Translations under genes and position numbers: made by a program
NCBI GenBank assembly: GCA_951406725.2
Contig: OX597818.1
Location: 90,830,001-90,894,000 of the forward strand
Length of the DNA: 64,000 nucleotides
Direction: 5' to 3'
Origin: Octopus vulgaris
Lineage: Eukaryota
Shown here: positions 44,127 to 59,072 of the stretch, piece after piece
How the letters are laid out: every line of letters begins with the position of its first letter
Numbering within the stretch: the first letter of the stretch is position 1
The notes under the pieces: model-generated
The model's database searches: none
Told to the model about the DNA's origin: nothing
Seen by the model: the letters and a program-made list of their open reading frames with translations, nothing else

Positions 44127-44515
44127 TGTGCGCGTGTGTACGCATACATACATATGCACACATATACGCACAGGTTTGAATGTGGATTCGTCCTTTAATT
44201 GGAGTGGTTTTCCAAAAAGATTTCTCACGTTGATTCTTCATACTTTGCTGAGAGCTTACTGGTGTAAATCCGCGAAGATAGAAAAATAGTATTAGAATAT
44301 TAAGTGTATGATTAATTTATGGTAATGAAGTTCTATAAATCCAATCATATACTACGTTTTAACATTTTACCGCCTCCATTTTTGACAAATACATTTGGAT
44401 TTGTAGAACTTCATTCCATAAATTAATCCTAAACTGAATATATATACCTACCTACCTACCTACCTACCTACCTACCTACCTACCTACCTACATACATACA
44501 TACATACTTGCATAC

Positions 44516-44575
<60 letters not shown>

Positions 44576-44903
44576 ACGTATGTATGTATGTATGTATGTA
44601 TGTATGTATGTATGTATGTATGTATGTATGTATGTATGTATGTATGTATGTATATATATATATATATATATCAATAATACGGTGATTGTTTCTTGTCAGG
44701 AACAAAAAGATTAATAGGACTGCTATAGAAGTGCTCCATTGAAAGACACAAAAATATCAAACTAAAGTTATTGAACAAACAAATGCAAGGTCATCCGCAT
44801 AGCATTTCATAATTCGAACATTTAATCATAGAATATACATATAAACATCCCGCTAGATGGAACATAATTCATCTGTACAGGCATATAAGCATATAATAAT
44901 AAG

Positions 44904-44963
<60 letters not shown>

Positions 44964-45399
44964 TATACATACGCGTTCACAAGTGATCAATCTTTCGAGT
45001 GAACTTTCGTTATTTTCCCGTCTATACCGGCGTGAAATGTTTTTGAGTATACATTATCTGGGAGACTCCTCTTAAAGTAGAAGAAATAGCTAATTTTTTT
45101 GGCTGCTATTTCTAAAAGTTCGGTGTGTGGTAAAGCAAAATTTTTTTGCTAAACCCTAATTATATAAGATATATATATATAATATATATAGGCGCAAGCA
45201 TGGCTGTGCGGTATGAATCTAGCTTGCCGTCCAAACCACGTAGTTCCGGGTTCTTAAGATTGCTTCTGAGACAGGGAGCAACTGAAACGCATAGTGAAGT
45301 GCGTTAGTAATAATTCGTAAAAATCTAAAGTTATTACCCGGTCCTGTATATTTCTCCGACAGTTCGAAACAGATGTCTTTTTTTCACATGTTTAAAATT

Positions 45400-46640
45400 A
45401 TGTTACCATCTGATCGGCAAGCGTTTTCAACGACTGTGTATAGTTTCTCGTGTTTCTTTTGTTTTCCTTTTTACTCTGTCACTGGCGATTATCCCTAGTT
45501 TCTTGTGATTGCATTTTATGGAACTCATGGCAGAGACACTCCATCAGTATTTATGCATGGCTGTGTCTTCATATCACTGCAGCTGATAGCATTCGTCTCC
45601 GCAGGAATATAACATCGTACAGATTATGTTATATAGAGTTCTAGGCCCGACATCAAGCTTCATATGCAGGTAATACCAGATGAATATTTTTCGAGTAGTT
45701 ACTAATGATCTACCTAATATCCTTAATTCCATAAAGATTGCTTATCTGTATCCATATCCCTTTTGCACATCAGGTATTTTTTGATGATTTCTTTCACTTT
45801 GAAGCATTCTGGGAATATAATCATGCATGACGTTTGCGGATATGTATACATTCTCTCTTCAGGTGGCCTCTTGCAGTGGAGTTGTACATCTACTCTGAAT
45901 AAACATCCTTACTCATCATTCGGGAAATATTTTCAGAGAACGTATATCTTATCCCCAAATTTCAGGGTATCAGCCTTACGTTTTCAGATTTGATCCACGG
46001 CAGGACTTCTACGTTCGGCAGACTTTGGCAGTGATATGATACGACATTCAAAGAATGTTTGGATCGATGTTAATTCACCGATACCTTGTTTTCTTTTTAA
46101 GTAAAGTTGATCAACATCACTGCCGACTTGGAATTCTCTGGTATGGATTACAATTTTCGGATTTTAACACCAACAGACTGCATTTTATCTATTGTTCAAT
46201 CTCGTTGCTCAAATGTTCGTATGAGTACTACTATGGCAAACGTTGTGAGCTTTTGATGTTTTTCATACAAAATATTTAGAGCGCCATACATTATTTGTTT
46301 TGTTGTCATATTCCTGGGTTTAATGTTTTCTGTTACAGATTCCATCATACGGAATACATTCATCCATTCCTAAGCAACTGCAGCATTCCAAATGAGATAT
46401 CGGGGACCGTGAATAATTATGTTCTTAGATGGGGTTGTACTTCTTCCTCGTTTTACAACCATGTAAGAACATTTATCCCAACCAAATCCCCTACGTATAT
46501 CGTTTGAGACCAAAGCTTTTTATCTGTATCATTCATATTCTTGGCATATATTTACAGCTCGTTTACACAGAAGTAATGTGTAAATTTGGGGTTTCTGTCT
46601 TCCTGTGTGTCAATCGCATAAGCTTCAGATTTCTTTGACG
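45400..46640 (-). mobile_element. Highly degraded non-LTR retrotransposon remnant (possibly R4/Dong-like)
   Basis: Minus-strand FGWDKCSYMVVKRG resembles the FGLDKC..KRG motif that follows the RT YxDD box. Boundaries are approximate. Confidence 0.4.
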
Positions 46641-48665
46641 GAAAAGAAAATGCGTTTACTGAAGGCATTATCAGCTACCCACAGAGCCAAGCTTACCATA
46701 TAAAAATATAACTCTGTGATACTGTATTCTATTAGTGAAAATAGAACCAGTTCCTGTATTCAACTTCAGAAGAATGGCCTAGAACGATGTCAGGTTATCA
46801 AAGGGTAGTATAATGAATTCTGCAATTTTAGCAAATGGAAAGGACTTAAAAATCTACGAGTGGGGTTCAGAATTAAATCATTTCTTGTAATTCATGAACA
46901 AGTTCCTCCTATGCTACAACATCTGCGACATCACGTGACTATGGAACAACCTTAATAGTATGGTCATGATCACAGCCGAAACTGGTCGTATTGTCACTAT
47001 GTATTCTTATTAGTATGCTTCATGTCAGTCACTGCTGATTTGTTGGTTAGTTCCAGGTTAGCCCTGATTGCGAAAACCTCGAGTGATCACGTACAAGTTA
47101 CCTTAGTTTTTCTAGTATTGCCAATGTTAAACGAATCAGTTCTTGAGAAATTAAACTGCCCCAGATGCGTATGCTTGTAGATATTTTTCTAACGATTTAT
47201 CAAAGGTAAAAGAGCAGTTCTCACATTCTATAAGGACACTACAGCTGGCGGGAAGATCAAGGAACTTATCTTAAGATCCAAGACCTAGGTAGTGGGTGGA
47301 CACATTTAAAGACACAAATTTGACGAGATGCTGTTGCTAAAACAAGAAACTAATTACATCTACCAATCAATCTTGTGAAGGATGCATCCTTCAGGTTTTC
47401 ACACAATGTCCGTCATCTGAATTTCACACGCAGGAAAAATTTGTACATTAGTGGTCTCGAACAACTTACTGACAATATGAAATCCACTTTCTTTTCTAGT
47501 TTCCAGGACATCCACCACCACCACCCACACACGCATCCGGTCGCGCGCACACGATACCAGAAATAAAAAAAAATACTTTAAGAACATTGCAGATGAGGGC
47601 CAAAGCTGTCTGTGTGAAGCAAGATGAAAAATCAGGACAAAAGATTTTTCGTGAAAAGCGAGCTATTTAGGAACCTCTTGTTACGCAAGACAGCCACTCA
47701 GCCCAAATTCTACTTTCTAGAATCCTTCTGCTGTGTCTCACATTCTACAATCTTTTTCCCACAGAGGAAGAGGCAACAGAAAAATGTCAATCAAGTTTTC
47801 GTGTGGTGTACCCCGTTCCTGTAAAGCTTGTGCTTGGGTTATAAATTATTACGGAACTCGCCTCCCCCATATTGTTTGATCAAGGCCATTCTGTATCAAA
47901 ATTGTTATTAAGCCAACATCTAAATGAAATAACACCATATTTGTTTGGACAGTATTTTATTATTTGCAAAAATATACCGACAATTGAAACATGATAAAAA
48001 TGAATTATAGTTACCGTAGAATAAACAAAAGGGACAATATTGATTGAAACAATAAATGCTATCATTAAAATACAAGGAGAAAATCAATAACCTTAGGTCT
48101 TATCAGAGAAGCAACACACGCACGTCTTTTAACATTCAATGGCCAATTGAAATGTGACGATAAACAAGATCAGATAGGGCTTTCAAACATAGGAAGTCAT
48201 TAGAAATTAAAGATCAATTTTAACAATAATTACTCAGGAAATCTGATAATGAGTCAGGAACTGTCAGAACGTGCTTATGCAATTTTTCAGCGTTTTAAAT
48301 AATACGATCACGAAGTTGTATTCATTTGGTAAGTGACTTCATTTGAGACGATGTGTCGGAACGGAAACAATTAAATGATGGCGTAATAATGACAAACGTT
48401 TAGAATAAAAATATACACTAACGATACACTTCTTCTTTTCTTTTGTAATAGCATTTTGTAATAGAACTAAATAGTAGTATTATAAGCGCACGCATAGCTG
48501 TGTGGTAAAGAAGATCCCTTTGTAACCACGTGGTTTCGGGTTCAGTCCGACGGCATCTTGGGCAAGAGTCTTCAGTTATAGCTCTGGAAGGACCAATGCA
48601 TTGCGATCGAACTTAGAAAACGGAAACTGAGAAAGCGTACGGTGCGTGTGTGTGCGCGCGAGCGC

Positions 48666-48709
<44 letters not shown>

Positions 48710-49043
48710 TCAAAGGATATACTAGGTATGTCAACCTGCTTGAAATAACAGTCAAAACTCTTATTATTAAATCGCCCAAAAATACACCGGTGAAAAACTA
48801 CAGAAATAAAACGAAGGCAAAATCAGGTTACTAACATACGTTTAAGTATTAGTCCTAATATTTAAATGTATGTTAGTAGATTTCAATCAGGTAGACATAT
48901 TTAGTATATGGTTTGATTAATTTTAATCCCTCGTGTATTTAATGCTATTTTTTGACCTGCTATCGCCTGTGTCATTGATTCTGTTATTATCATTTTTAAA
49001 ATTGTTATATTGGATAATAATAGAATTAATGACACCTTCGTAA

Positions 49044-49075
<32 letters not shown>

Positions 49076-51788
49076 ATATTCGTGCACACACAAAAACATA
49101 CACACACACACATGCATATATAGATATATGCAAATGTCTTCGTGTGCATTTTCCCCCATCGGCCTCGTATTTTTACGACTCACCAAATTAACGGTTCGGC
49201 CAAAGAGAATTTAGAATAGGTACTAGATTTAAAGAAAATCCAGGGCGATTTGCTCGACTAATACCATTCAAGCCAGTGGACTAACATGCCCGCAGTCTAG
49301 CGATTGAAACGGTTAAAAGACAAAAGAATAAAAACAACCTCAATCATTAAAATATTTTGTCTTACATTTACACTCATATATGCAGGAAGAAATGTTGCAA
49401 AGCATATTGTCTAATGCTCTATCGATTCTGCCAGCTCGCCACTTCCTAGCAGTGTCTAATTTTGGCATGAGACCAACAATTTTAGGGGAGGGATTATCCA
49501 TTACTTTTGAACGAAGTACTTGAATGGTACTTTATTTAATTGACCTTGAAAGGATGAAAGACAAAGTTGGCCACGTGGAAATTCGACTCAGAATGTAGGA
49601 ACCCGGAACAAATGAAATACCACGGGTTTCCCTTCAGGTATTACACGCACACACATACGCACACGCGCGCGTTCATATCTGTTGATTTTCCTGACCTCAT
49701 TTTCTCTTTACACATACATAATTCCATATACAAGTGGACCTTCCTAACTTTCGTGTCAGAAAGATAATTTTTTTTTGTTTCGAAAGCAGCAGCTATTTAT
49801 TGACAAAAGCATGTTCACATTTTGACCACGGTCAGATTTGAACTCAGAACACAAATTGCCGGGAGGAATATCAGAAAGAAAATTATTGTCGACATAAGGA
49901 TACTGCCAGATCGTGAATTTAACTACTAATATATATATATATATATAGTCCATCATCAATGTATTTTCGCCGCCCTCTATTCTTAGGTGGTTTGTGGGGT
50001 TAGGCACATCCTCCATGGACTATATCATGGACTCCCGTGCTCAGCTGATACTCCAAAGGTAGAGCCGGAAGAAATGTTGCTAAGCATTTTGTCCGGCGTG
50101 CAAAGAATTCTGCCTGCTCATCACCTTCAGAGTATGTAACTGCTCCTTTTTACTATAGTGCCTGAAGTTTGAGAGAAGGAGGCTAATCGATTACATTAAT
50201 CGCAGTGCTCCACTGGTACTTATTTTATCGACCTGGAAACGGATGGAAAGCAAAGACGACATCAATGGTGTTTGAACTTAGAACGTGAAACCGGAAGAAA
50301 TGGCGCTAAGTTTTTTATCCGGTGTGCTGCCAGCTAACCGCCTTGCAAGTGAGCAAACATTTTAAAATTATTATAAGGCAGAGAGAGTTGGCGCCAAGAA
50401 AATTGCTTTTCTTCCCATTTTACACTCGGAGTTCAAATGCCAACGATGTCGAATTTGCGTTTCATCCTTTCGGGGGTCGATAAATTAAGTACCAGTTGAA
50501 CACTGGGGTCACTGTAAGCGACTTACTTCTACCTCGAAATTGCTGATTTTGTGCCAAAATTTGAAACCAATATTTAAAAATTATTATTGGGAAAAAATCA
50601 AACATGTTCATATGTTAAAAAATTAACATTGACATCCGTGAAAATGACGGGCTTCGCAACCTAAAAACTGATTATGTTTAGAAGGAACGATATCAATTTA
50701 TTAAATTGTTTTCATTGATAATGTGCCTATGTGTATTTTAATTTAAATATAGTTACTAATGAAGAAACTAAACGCCGAGCTTGATTAATTAATGAGCGGT
50801 GTGGAATTCCCACTGGTTTCGATAGACTATATGGTACTTTGGGAAGACATTTTTGTTAAGAGAAAAAGAAAAACACTGGTTGTAGCTCATATTCAATTAA
50901 TTAATTAATTGATTAATTAATCAATTAATTAAAATGTTTTATCAAATCTTTTTATCAGATAACATTGATAATTTTCATTGATATCATTGCTATTTTGATC
51001 CAAAGTTTATTGCGTTTATATGTGTTGTGTTTATTTGTAGATAGTTGATTAATTTTAAACGGAGAAATTATGAAAACTAGCGGTAAGAATTTTTACTTCA
51101 ATATTGTTCAACAACCCGCTTCTTTTATCTATAGCGAACTGGGAGTGTAGATGTTACTTCATTTTCGTTGTACTCGTATCAGTTATTTTATTTCTCAGCC
51201 CATTCTCCATACTACGAAGCGTATCTCCGCGCTAGTTCTTCATGGATGAATAAACTATATACCTCGATATGCTATTTCCTTATATCCCTTGCTTTTCAGT
51301 GTAATCGTTGGTAGCTTTAACAAGCTATTTCACTACAGGGTCATTACACAAATCGATATGACTTATCATTTAGTGATTTAGTTGAACTGTTTTATTTTTC
51401 TTTCTTCTTTTACTGAATCATGTTAATGCTGTGTTTTCTTGGGTGTGGCGTCCACACATATTATATTCTAGAACTTGTGAAAATAAAAGCTCTACTCATT
51501 TCTTTATATTTCATATTCCAGAATTCACTACCATATATGAAAAGTTTCCACTCACACCGTTTCGAATCTTTAATTGGTCTCCTTGAAAAGCCTTATCTGG
51601 CATTCCTTGCTATCGTCGGAGAATTTCATGGGGTGAAGGAAATCTTGTGTATGCTTTTGCATTCATGGGATCGATGTATGCGACATACATTTCATATAAA
51701 TCTTACTAAATCTACTGTAAAGAATTATATTTTTTACAATTCCGATGTAGTACAGTTCTGTGTATGCGTATATCTTTGTACTTATACA

Positions 51789-51906
<118 letters not shown>

Positions 51907-52154
51907 CATACATATACATACATACATACATACATATATACATACACAAATATATATAGCTATGTATATATATATGCATGTGTATATGTACAACCATATA
52001 TAAATACGTGGGGCTTACATCATGTAAATAAAGGAATAATTCTTTTATCGTCTAAATATAGTTTGATTTGTAGAATTGACAATCTTAAACCGTATGCCAG
52101 TACGTCTACCAATGGCTACATGGATGCTCAGGTGGATGTAGTATGCATTGAATG

Positions 52155-52208
<54 letters not shown>

Positions 52209-52734
52209 ACTTATAAATAAGGGCTAAAGAAAATTATTTCAATGCCAATATGCTGATAACAGACTTTTAAATCGTCAATTTCCACATATTAATTACTCGC
52301 TACAGAAAAAAACACGAAGAACTCAAATCGGGGAAAGCCGGCCGATAGAGTTTTTTAAAAAGTTCGTTATTTCTATATTGAATCAATTTCGGAATTAATC
52401 TCATAATAGATTCTTTCCTCTTCAGTAGAACATACGAAAGGATATAAATAAGATACTTACACGTGCCCATGGAAAATAGCCGAAGCAAAAATCATGAGTA
52501 CATATAAGTACCCCAGATATATCTAAAAATAAAATTCTTTGGTCAGCCTCAGCACAACGTGTTGACTGTTCTCCACTACAGGTTATAATGGTTACCAGTA
52601 CCTATTGCGTGTAGTAATAAGTCTACTACTAATATAGGATGAAGTTTTTTTTTTTTTTTTTTTGTATAGACTGACAAAAAATTGTCGACAGTGACGCACG
52701 TTCCAGAAGTCACGCAGCCAACAGAACTGATGAA

Positions 52735-53237
52735 AATATAGCATTGCTCACCATCAGTATGTTCCGTCTGGTCAGATAGTAAACAAGGTGACGTATTGCC
52801 ACGTGTAAGAGATCTTGTTCATTGGAAACGACCAGAAGTACATGCGTCCGGTGAGTGGCAACTCCATTATGACAACACACCTGCCCATTCAGCGCAGCTT
52901 GTGAAGCGGTTTTGGGTCAAGCACAACATTCCTAGGTCCAACAACCACCCTAATTCCTAGATCTCGCCTCCTGTGATATTTTTCTTCTCTCCAAAAATCA
53001 ACTTTAAAGGAACAAGATTTCAAGATGTTGACTTACTCCAAGAGAATGCGACGAGGCAGCTGCTCGTTATCCCTCAAAATGAGACCCTGGGGTACATCCA
53101 TCAATGGAAACAACGCTGGATAAACAGTGTGACTTCAGAAAGGAAAACCTTCGAAGGAGACTAAATGCTGAATTGATATAAGTTGTAGTTTTGCTTTTAT
53201 GGCTCACCATTCCCGATATTTTTGGTCAGATATCGTA
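52735..53237 (+). mobile_element. 3' fragment of a mariner transposon
   Basis: HQYVPSGQIVN..WKRPEVHASGEWQLHYDNTPAHSAQLV..DLASCDIF..KGTRFQD..WKQRW; TIR-like end TTCCCGATATTTTTGGTCAGATATCG|TA. Confidence 0.8.
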
Positions 53238-53284
53238 TAGGTAAACTTATATAATACATACATAGCTATGTAAATACATACATG

Positions 53285-53345
<61 letters not shown>

Positions 53346-53909
53346 GTGTGTGTATGTGTGAGTATGCGTATGCATGTGTGTGAGTGCATGTGTGTGTGTT
53401 TGTGTGTGTGTGTGACTGTGTGTCTGTGCCAACGCTCGTATACATAGAGTATATATAGTATATTTCAACAATTTCACCTCTGTTTAATGTGAAAGGTAAT
53501 TATTTAAACATTCTGCCGTAATTGCTACTGTTTTTGTCATAATTTCAATGATTCATAAACCAGCTTATTAATATGTCATTTCATCAAGAGATGAATTCAT
53601 AAGTTAATTATTAGATATAAATGTGGAAGTATATTCTTATGCAGAATACAGGAAGTATTAAAGTAGTTTTTTAGCTACACACAAATATTTCCTGCATATA
53701 TATGCTTTTGGCAAAGATACATCTTTTATGCGCTGGTGTATGTCGTTGTGAGCGTGAGTAACTGTGTGTGCATGTATGTGTGCTTATGTGAGTACGTGTG
53801 TGCATATGTGTATGTGAGTGTATAAGCCCATAAAGATAATTGTTCTTAATACAAATAAATTTTAGCTCTGTTTATGTGTACACACATATGCACTTGTTTT
53901 TCTATCTAA

Positions 53910-53998
<89 letters not shown>

Positions 53999-54117
53999 CA
54001 TCTATCTGTCTGTCTTTCTGTCTGTCTGTTTGTCTGTCTGTCTACCAATCTCTAAATTCTATCACTCGCATTTTCGCATTTACGAATATGTTCGTTTTTA
54101 CATGCATATTGTCGTGT

Positions 54118-54159
<42 letters not shown>

Positions 54160-54193
54160 ATGTATGTGTATGATGTGTATGTTTTTATGTGTG

Positions 54194-54231
<38 letters not shown>

Positions 54232-55058
54232 GTATATGTGTCTGCACTTCTAAATGTGCATGTAAGAAAGGAAGACACCGCCTACGTGTACGTGTATGTG
54301 TTTGCGTGCGTGCATGTGCGTGTTCATGAGTACGTCTGTGTGCGTTTGTGTGAGTATGCGTTTGACTTATGTTTGGTAGTTTGTGTTCGTTCCGACATAT
54401 AAATAGTCCCATATTTTTACTTCGCAATAAACTGTAAATTTTAATTTGTCAAATCTCAGAACATAATCGGAAGTAATTTTAGAAGACAATGCAGGATATC
54501 GGCGGTTAATTGAGGACAGGTTGAGGGTGTGACGTGGTAGGTGCTGTACAGAGAGGTGGTGTCGGAGTAGGTGGAATGGAAGGATTGTTTAATGGAAGAG
54601 AGTAAGGAAGGAAGTGTTAAATTATAATGGCGTAGTATCGTAAATTATGGTTGTATATTGCGCGTATGCAATTAAGGGCCGAAAGAAAGAGGAGAGAAAG
54701 AAAGAAGGGGCAGAAAATATGAAGAAGAAATGCGGAGGAAGATAGAGAAAGAGAAAACAAAAACATATAGATAGATAGTTACAGAGAGAGTGAGAGAGAG
54801 AGAGAGAAGGGAAAGAGAGGGAGTGAGAGAAAAAGAGGGAGAGAGGGAGGGAAAGAGAGAGAGAGAGACGGCAGACAGACAGACGGAAACGAGAAGTAAA
54901 ATACTGAAGAGGCGGATAGGCGGAAGCGGGGCGTTGGTAATTAGAGAAGATTGGTAACAAGGTAGCAACAGAAATATTGAAACATACATATATGCATATG
55001 AATATACCAACCATATGTACAGGTAAGACTATACATACAACATGCATACATACATACA

Positions 55059-55094
<36 letters not shown>

Positions 55095-55141
55095 TATATG
55101 CAAATACATTTATACATAATTACATTTGCATATATATGCTT

Positions 55142-55180
<39 letters not shown>

Positions 55181-55411
55181 GTGGTTGTGTAAGTATATGA
55201 ACAGTCATTTATGCATAAATATATGTATGCATACAGAGGGAGAAAGAAATGCTGGAAGTAAGACGAAAGAGAAAAATAAATCAAACTGAGTAAAGAAGAA
55301 AACAAAAAGAGGGGGAGATGACAGGAGAAGGTGAGGAGGAGAACTGGTCGTTAAATTGTATCATGAAGAAAGTTTTCTTCGCATTAGCAACCGAGACAAA
55401 GAAGTAGTAAG

Positions 55412-55544
55412 ATGCCTTCCTATACGTTGTATTATTTCAACGGCCGAGGACGGGCGGAGGTCCTTCGAATGTTGTTCTCCGCAGCAGGAGTTCAGTTTCA
55501 GGACAAACGGATTGAGTTTTCGGAATGGAGCCATTACAAAAGCA
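55412..55544 (+). CDS. S-crystallin gene 2, coding exon 1
   Basis: [44 protein letters not shown] + phase 1, GTAAGT donor. Same 133-nt length as gene 1 exon 1. Confidence 0.96.
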
Positions 55545-55832
55545 GTAAGTGTATTTTCGTTTACATTTTACAGCTTTTAAGTTCGCTGCCTTGATTTTTA
55601 GAATGTAATCCAGCATTTGAACAAACAACTGCGGTTCTCCAAACAAGACAACCGACTCTTTGAGGTGCCTTTTGATGGATTTCTTGATAAAAGAATTTCG
55701 GATACGCTCTTCAAAGGTCTCCACATTTCAACTCACTGGTAATCGCCTTAGGGGTATTTACCTCCATACACATCATGTGTCCCATGGAGAATTATAGTTA
55801 TCCTCTAGTTCAGAAGGAATATAAATTAGATA

Positions 55833-56314
55833 CCGTAAACCCTCGAGTATAATCCGCATTCACCCCCAAAATTTAAAGGTGAAAATCCCTAGTGCGTACT
55901 ATATACGAGGTTAAAAATGAAAATTATTTTCTAAGTATTGTCCGAGTCTCTATTTGCTCTCCGGTAATGTTTATTCAGACGCATTTTGTGATGTCGGGCG
56001 CGAAAAGACCTTAAATCATCCATAGCTTGCAGTTAGCAACATTTATTAAACATTATTACTGTTATGTCTTTATTTTCTGCGAACAAAATGCTCAAAAAAA
56101 GCTACACGTTTGCATTATGTTATATATGTACAATAATAATAAAGCACGTTACCGTATACATTTTTACAAACCAAGGATGTTATATAGGCTTCCTTGACTC
56201 AAGTTAGAGAAACGGTGCGTATTATACACAAGGTTTAGGTTTTTCAGAGATACAGCCTCCTAAAAATTCCCTGCGTATTATACTCAAGGGCGGACTATAC
56301 TCGAGCATTTACGG
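55833..56314. mobile_element. Tc2/pogo-type MITE in intron 1 of gene 2
   Basis: TA|CCGTAAACCCTCGAGTATAATCCGC ... GCGGACTATACTCGAGCATTTACGG|TA inverted termini with TA flanks. Confidence 0.85.
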
Positions 56315-56715
56315 TAATCCAATTTTGCGCATGTTCATCCTTCGAACATTTAGTAAATTGTGCAGCAACATCTTATAAAGGTATTTCGAGTGCCCTGCGT
56401 CCTCTTCGAAGGCTTCTGCACTTTAGTTCGCTGTTGAGCATTTTCTTGATGGCCTTTAATGTCCTCCATTCGGATCAAGTGTGGCATTCATTGCAATGAT
56501 GATTTCAGAAGAATGGTTCCTTTAGCTGTCACTTGCAAGCAAGTATACATGGTAGCTGGTACTACACATTCACTTATTCTTTAGGTATCTTTGTATTACA
56601 AGCATGCATAAGAACCCACTCGACTTTCTCATATTTGACTCTGAAGGACATCGAAGATGTGATATAGAGAAGAGAAAACAAAAGAGAGATATAGAGTTCT
56701 GGCTATCCATCAACG

Positions 56716-56783
<68 letters not shown>

Positions 56784-56832
56784 AATCTACCTATCTAGAT
56801 ATGTGTGTCTGTGTGTATGCGTGTGTGTGTGT

Positions 56833-56880
<48 letters not shown>

Positions 56881-57511
56881 TATTAGCTCCTGATGAGCGA
56901 ATCAACGAAGATGCTTCTGTGTTGTTCGAAATAGCCACAACATATTTCTCATATTTAAATATCTTAGTAAAAATAAGGACTCATTTTAGTATGCTGAACC
57001 TTTGTACTCTACATAAATTAACAAATAGATCAACCACTCAGATCTGAAATCTCTAATTTTCCATGACGCCTTATCTTTCTGTCATCTTTTAGATTAAAGA
57101 AATGCTAGTTCATTATTTTCTTATTGTCATTCACGTTAAATATGCAACGGTGATGCTCCAGCACGACAGCAGCTTTGAAGATGAAACATTTTAGAATAGT
57201 TTTCAATAGTTATATATATATATATATATATATATATCTGTCGGGATATGTGTGTGTGTGTGTATTAACTCCTGATGAGCGAATCAACGAAGATGCCTCT
57301 GTTGTTCGAAATAGCCACAACATATTTCTCATATTTAAATATCTTAGTAAAAATAAGGACTCATTTTAGTATGCTGAACCTTTGTACTCTACATAAATTA
57401 ACAAATAGATCAACCACTCAGATCTGAAATCTCTAATTTTCCTTGCCGCCTTATCTTTCTGACATCTTTTAGATTAAAGAGATGCTACTTCATTATTTTC
57501 TTATTGTCATT
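56881..57511. repeat. ~250-bp direct duplication (56881-57131 and 57263-57511), each copy preceded by (TG)n
   Basis: Near-identical copies starting TATTA(G/A)CTCCTGATGAGCGAATC. Confidence 0.9.
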
Positions 57512-57589
57512 TATTATTACGGTCACTGCCTGGAATCGTACTCGGAGTATTGGGGTTAGTAGTCCGAGCTCTTAACCAATACAGTTCTA

Positions 57590-58795
57590 TATTTAAGAGA
57601 TGAGGAATAATGTACGTTATTTACAATTGACGGATATTTGTCCTCATCTTGTTTGTTGTTAACACAACGTTTCGACTGATATACCCTCCAGCCTTCATCA
57701 GGTATCTTGGGGAAATTTCGAACCTAGGTACTCATTCCTAAGCTATTTTTCGATGTTATTATTATTATTGATGATGATGATTCTTCTTCTTCTTATTATT
57801 ATTGTTGTCACTATTACGGTCACTGCCTGGAATCGTACTCTGAGTCTTGTGGTGAGTAGTCCGAGCTATTAACCACTACGCCATATGCTCGTGGGTAATC
57901 ATGGAGTGAAGTTTAGGGCTTATAAATCTATTATACTTCTATCCTTCCTTAATACCGGTTCCCACATGCTGTTCACATCTGCACTCGGTCTGCTTAGGAG
58001 GTTGATGTGTCCTAGCATATGTGCTGCTTCTTTTAGTCTTCGTATTTTCCAGTGGTGTCCTCTCTCTATTATTTTAACTTCATCACACAGGGGGAGATGG
58101 TCTCCATTTTTCCATGCATGATCAGCTACACCCGATTTATCAATATCTCCCCGTGAGGCCTTTCACATAGGGTAGACAGACTGTGGAGAGATTATAGGTT
58201 TCATCCACTTTTCCTCATAATTGGAGTGGTGAGTATGCTTTTGGAGTAGTTGTTGCTTAATAGATTGTTACTGAACTTGGTGGGTATCACGGGCTACTTA
58301 TATTCATTTATCGATGTTTTAGGCACTGAGAAATCCCTCTCTTTACGCTGTATGGATGGTGAGAGTTAAATTGGAGGTATCGTCCAGTGAAGGTCGGCTT
58401 GCGGCATACGGATGTCCTGAATCCATACTTGGTGCGTGTTATTAAAACGTCCAGGAATGCTAGCTGATTGTCTTTTTCTTTTTCCATTGTGAGCTGTATG
58501 GATGGCTTTATTGAGTTCGCATGATCTAACAGCACTTGGACATATTCCTGGTGGGACCAGAGTGTGAAGGTGTCATTAACATATCGCAGCCATAGGGTCA
58601 GTTTAATGGTGTTGATCCTAAAGCCAAATTCTCAGAGTATCCATGTATATATTATCTATTATCGGTGATAATGGCGAACGCATTGCTAAACCCTCTTCTT
58701 GTCGATATACATCAGTTTCCATACTGAAGTAGGTAGAAACTACCTACTTCAGTATGGACACATATATATATGGCGTAGTGGTTCAGAGCGCGGGG
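57590..58795 (-). mobile_element. 5'-truncated, internally deleted Penelope-like retroelement with a terminal minimal hammerhead
   Basis: Minus-strand RT motifs YRQEEGLAMRSPLSPII..YM, WLRYVNDTF, QLTMEKEKDNQLAFLDVLI..RKPTFTGRYLQFNSHHP..KRG; endonuclease tail KSGVADHAW..KIRRLKEAAH; hammerhead core at ~57662-57706. Confidence 0.85.
57662..57706 (-). ncRNA. Minimal type I hammerhead of the Penelope pLTR type
   Basis: Minus strand gatac-CTGATGA-a-ggctg..cagtc-GAAA-CG-TT-gtgtt; stem III reduced to the ACGT palindrome. Confidence 0.65.
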
Positions 58796-58807
58796 TTTGG
58801 TAGACAG

Positions 58808-58843
<36 letters not shown>

Positions 58844-58886
58844 AGGGGTGTGTGGAGGGGTGTCTATCTGTGTGTGCGTGTGTGTA

Positions 58887-59072
58887 CAGGGTTGGCTGAT
58901 AATAAATCAAACTTCCGTAAATGCTATCTGTAATTCTGCATTGACTCGAATGAAGAAATATGTCGCTCAAGAAGTACTTGAGTTTGAACAATTTTCATGA
59001 TGTTTCATATTTAGATGTAAATCTTGGAATTAAATGGTTTTGATTTACTGTTGGGTAACTTTTGGTCAACCC

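Noticed and set aside
55600-56530. Coding-like minus-strand sequence interrupted by the MITE in gene 2 intron 1
   Set aside because: No recognisable motif; probably an old TE fragment, but it cannot be assigned.
56889-56945. CTGATGA...GAAA hammerhead in the duplicated segment (also ~57271)
   Set aside because: Core and stem II are present, but no stem III, UH triplet or stem I partner follows; at most a decayed relic.
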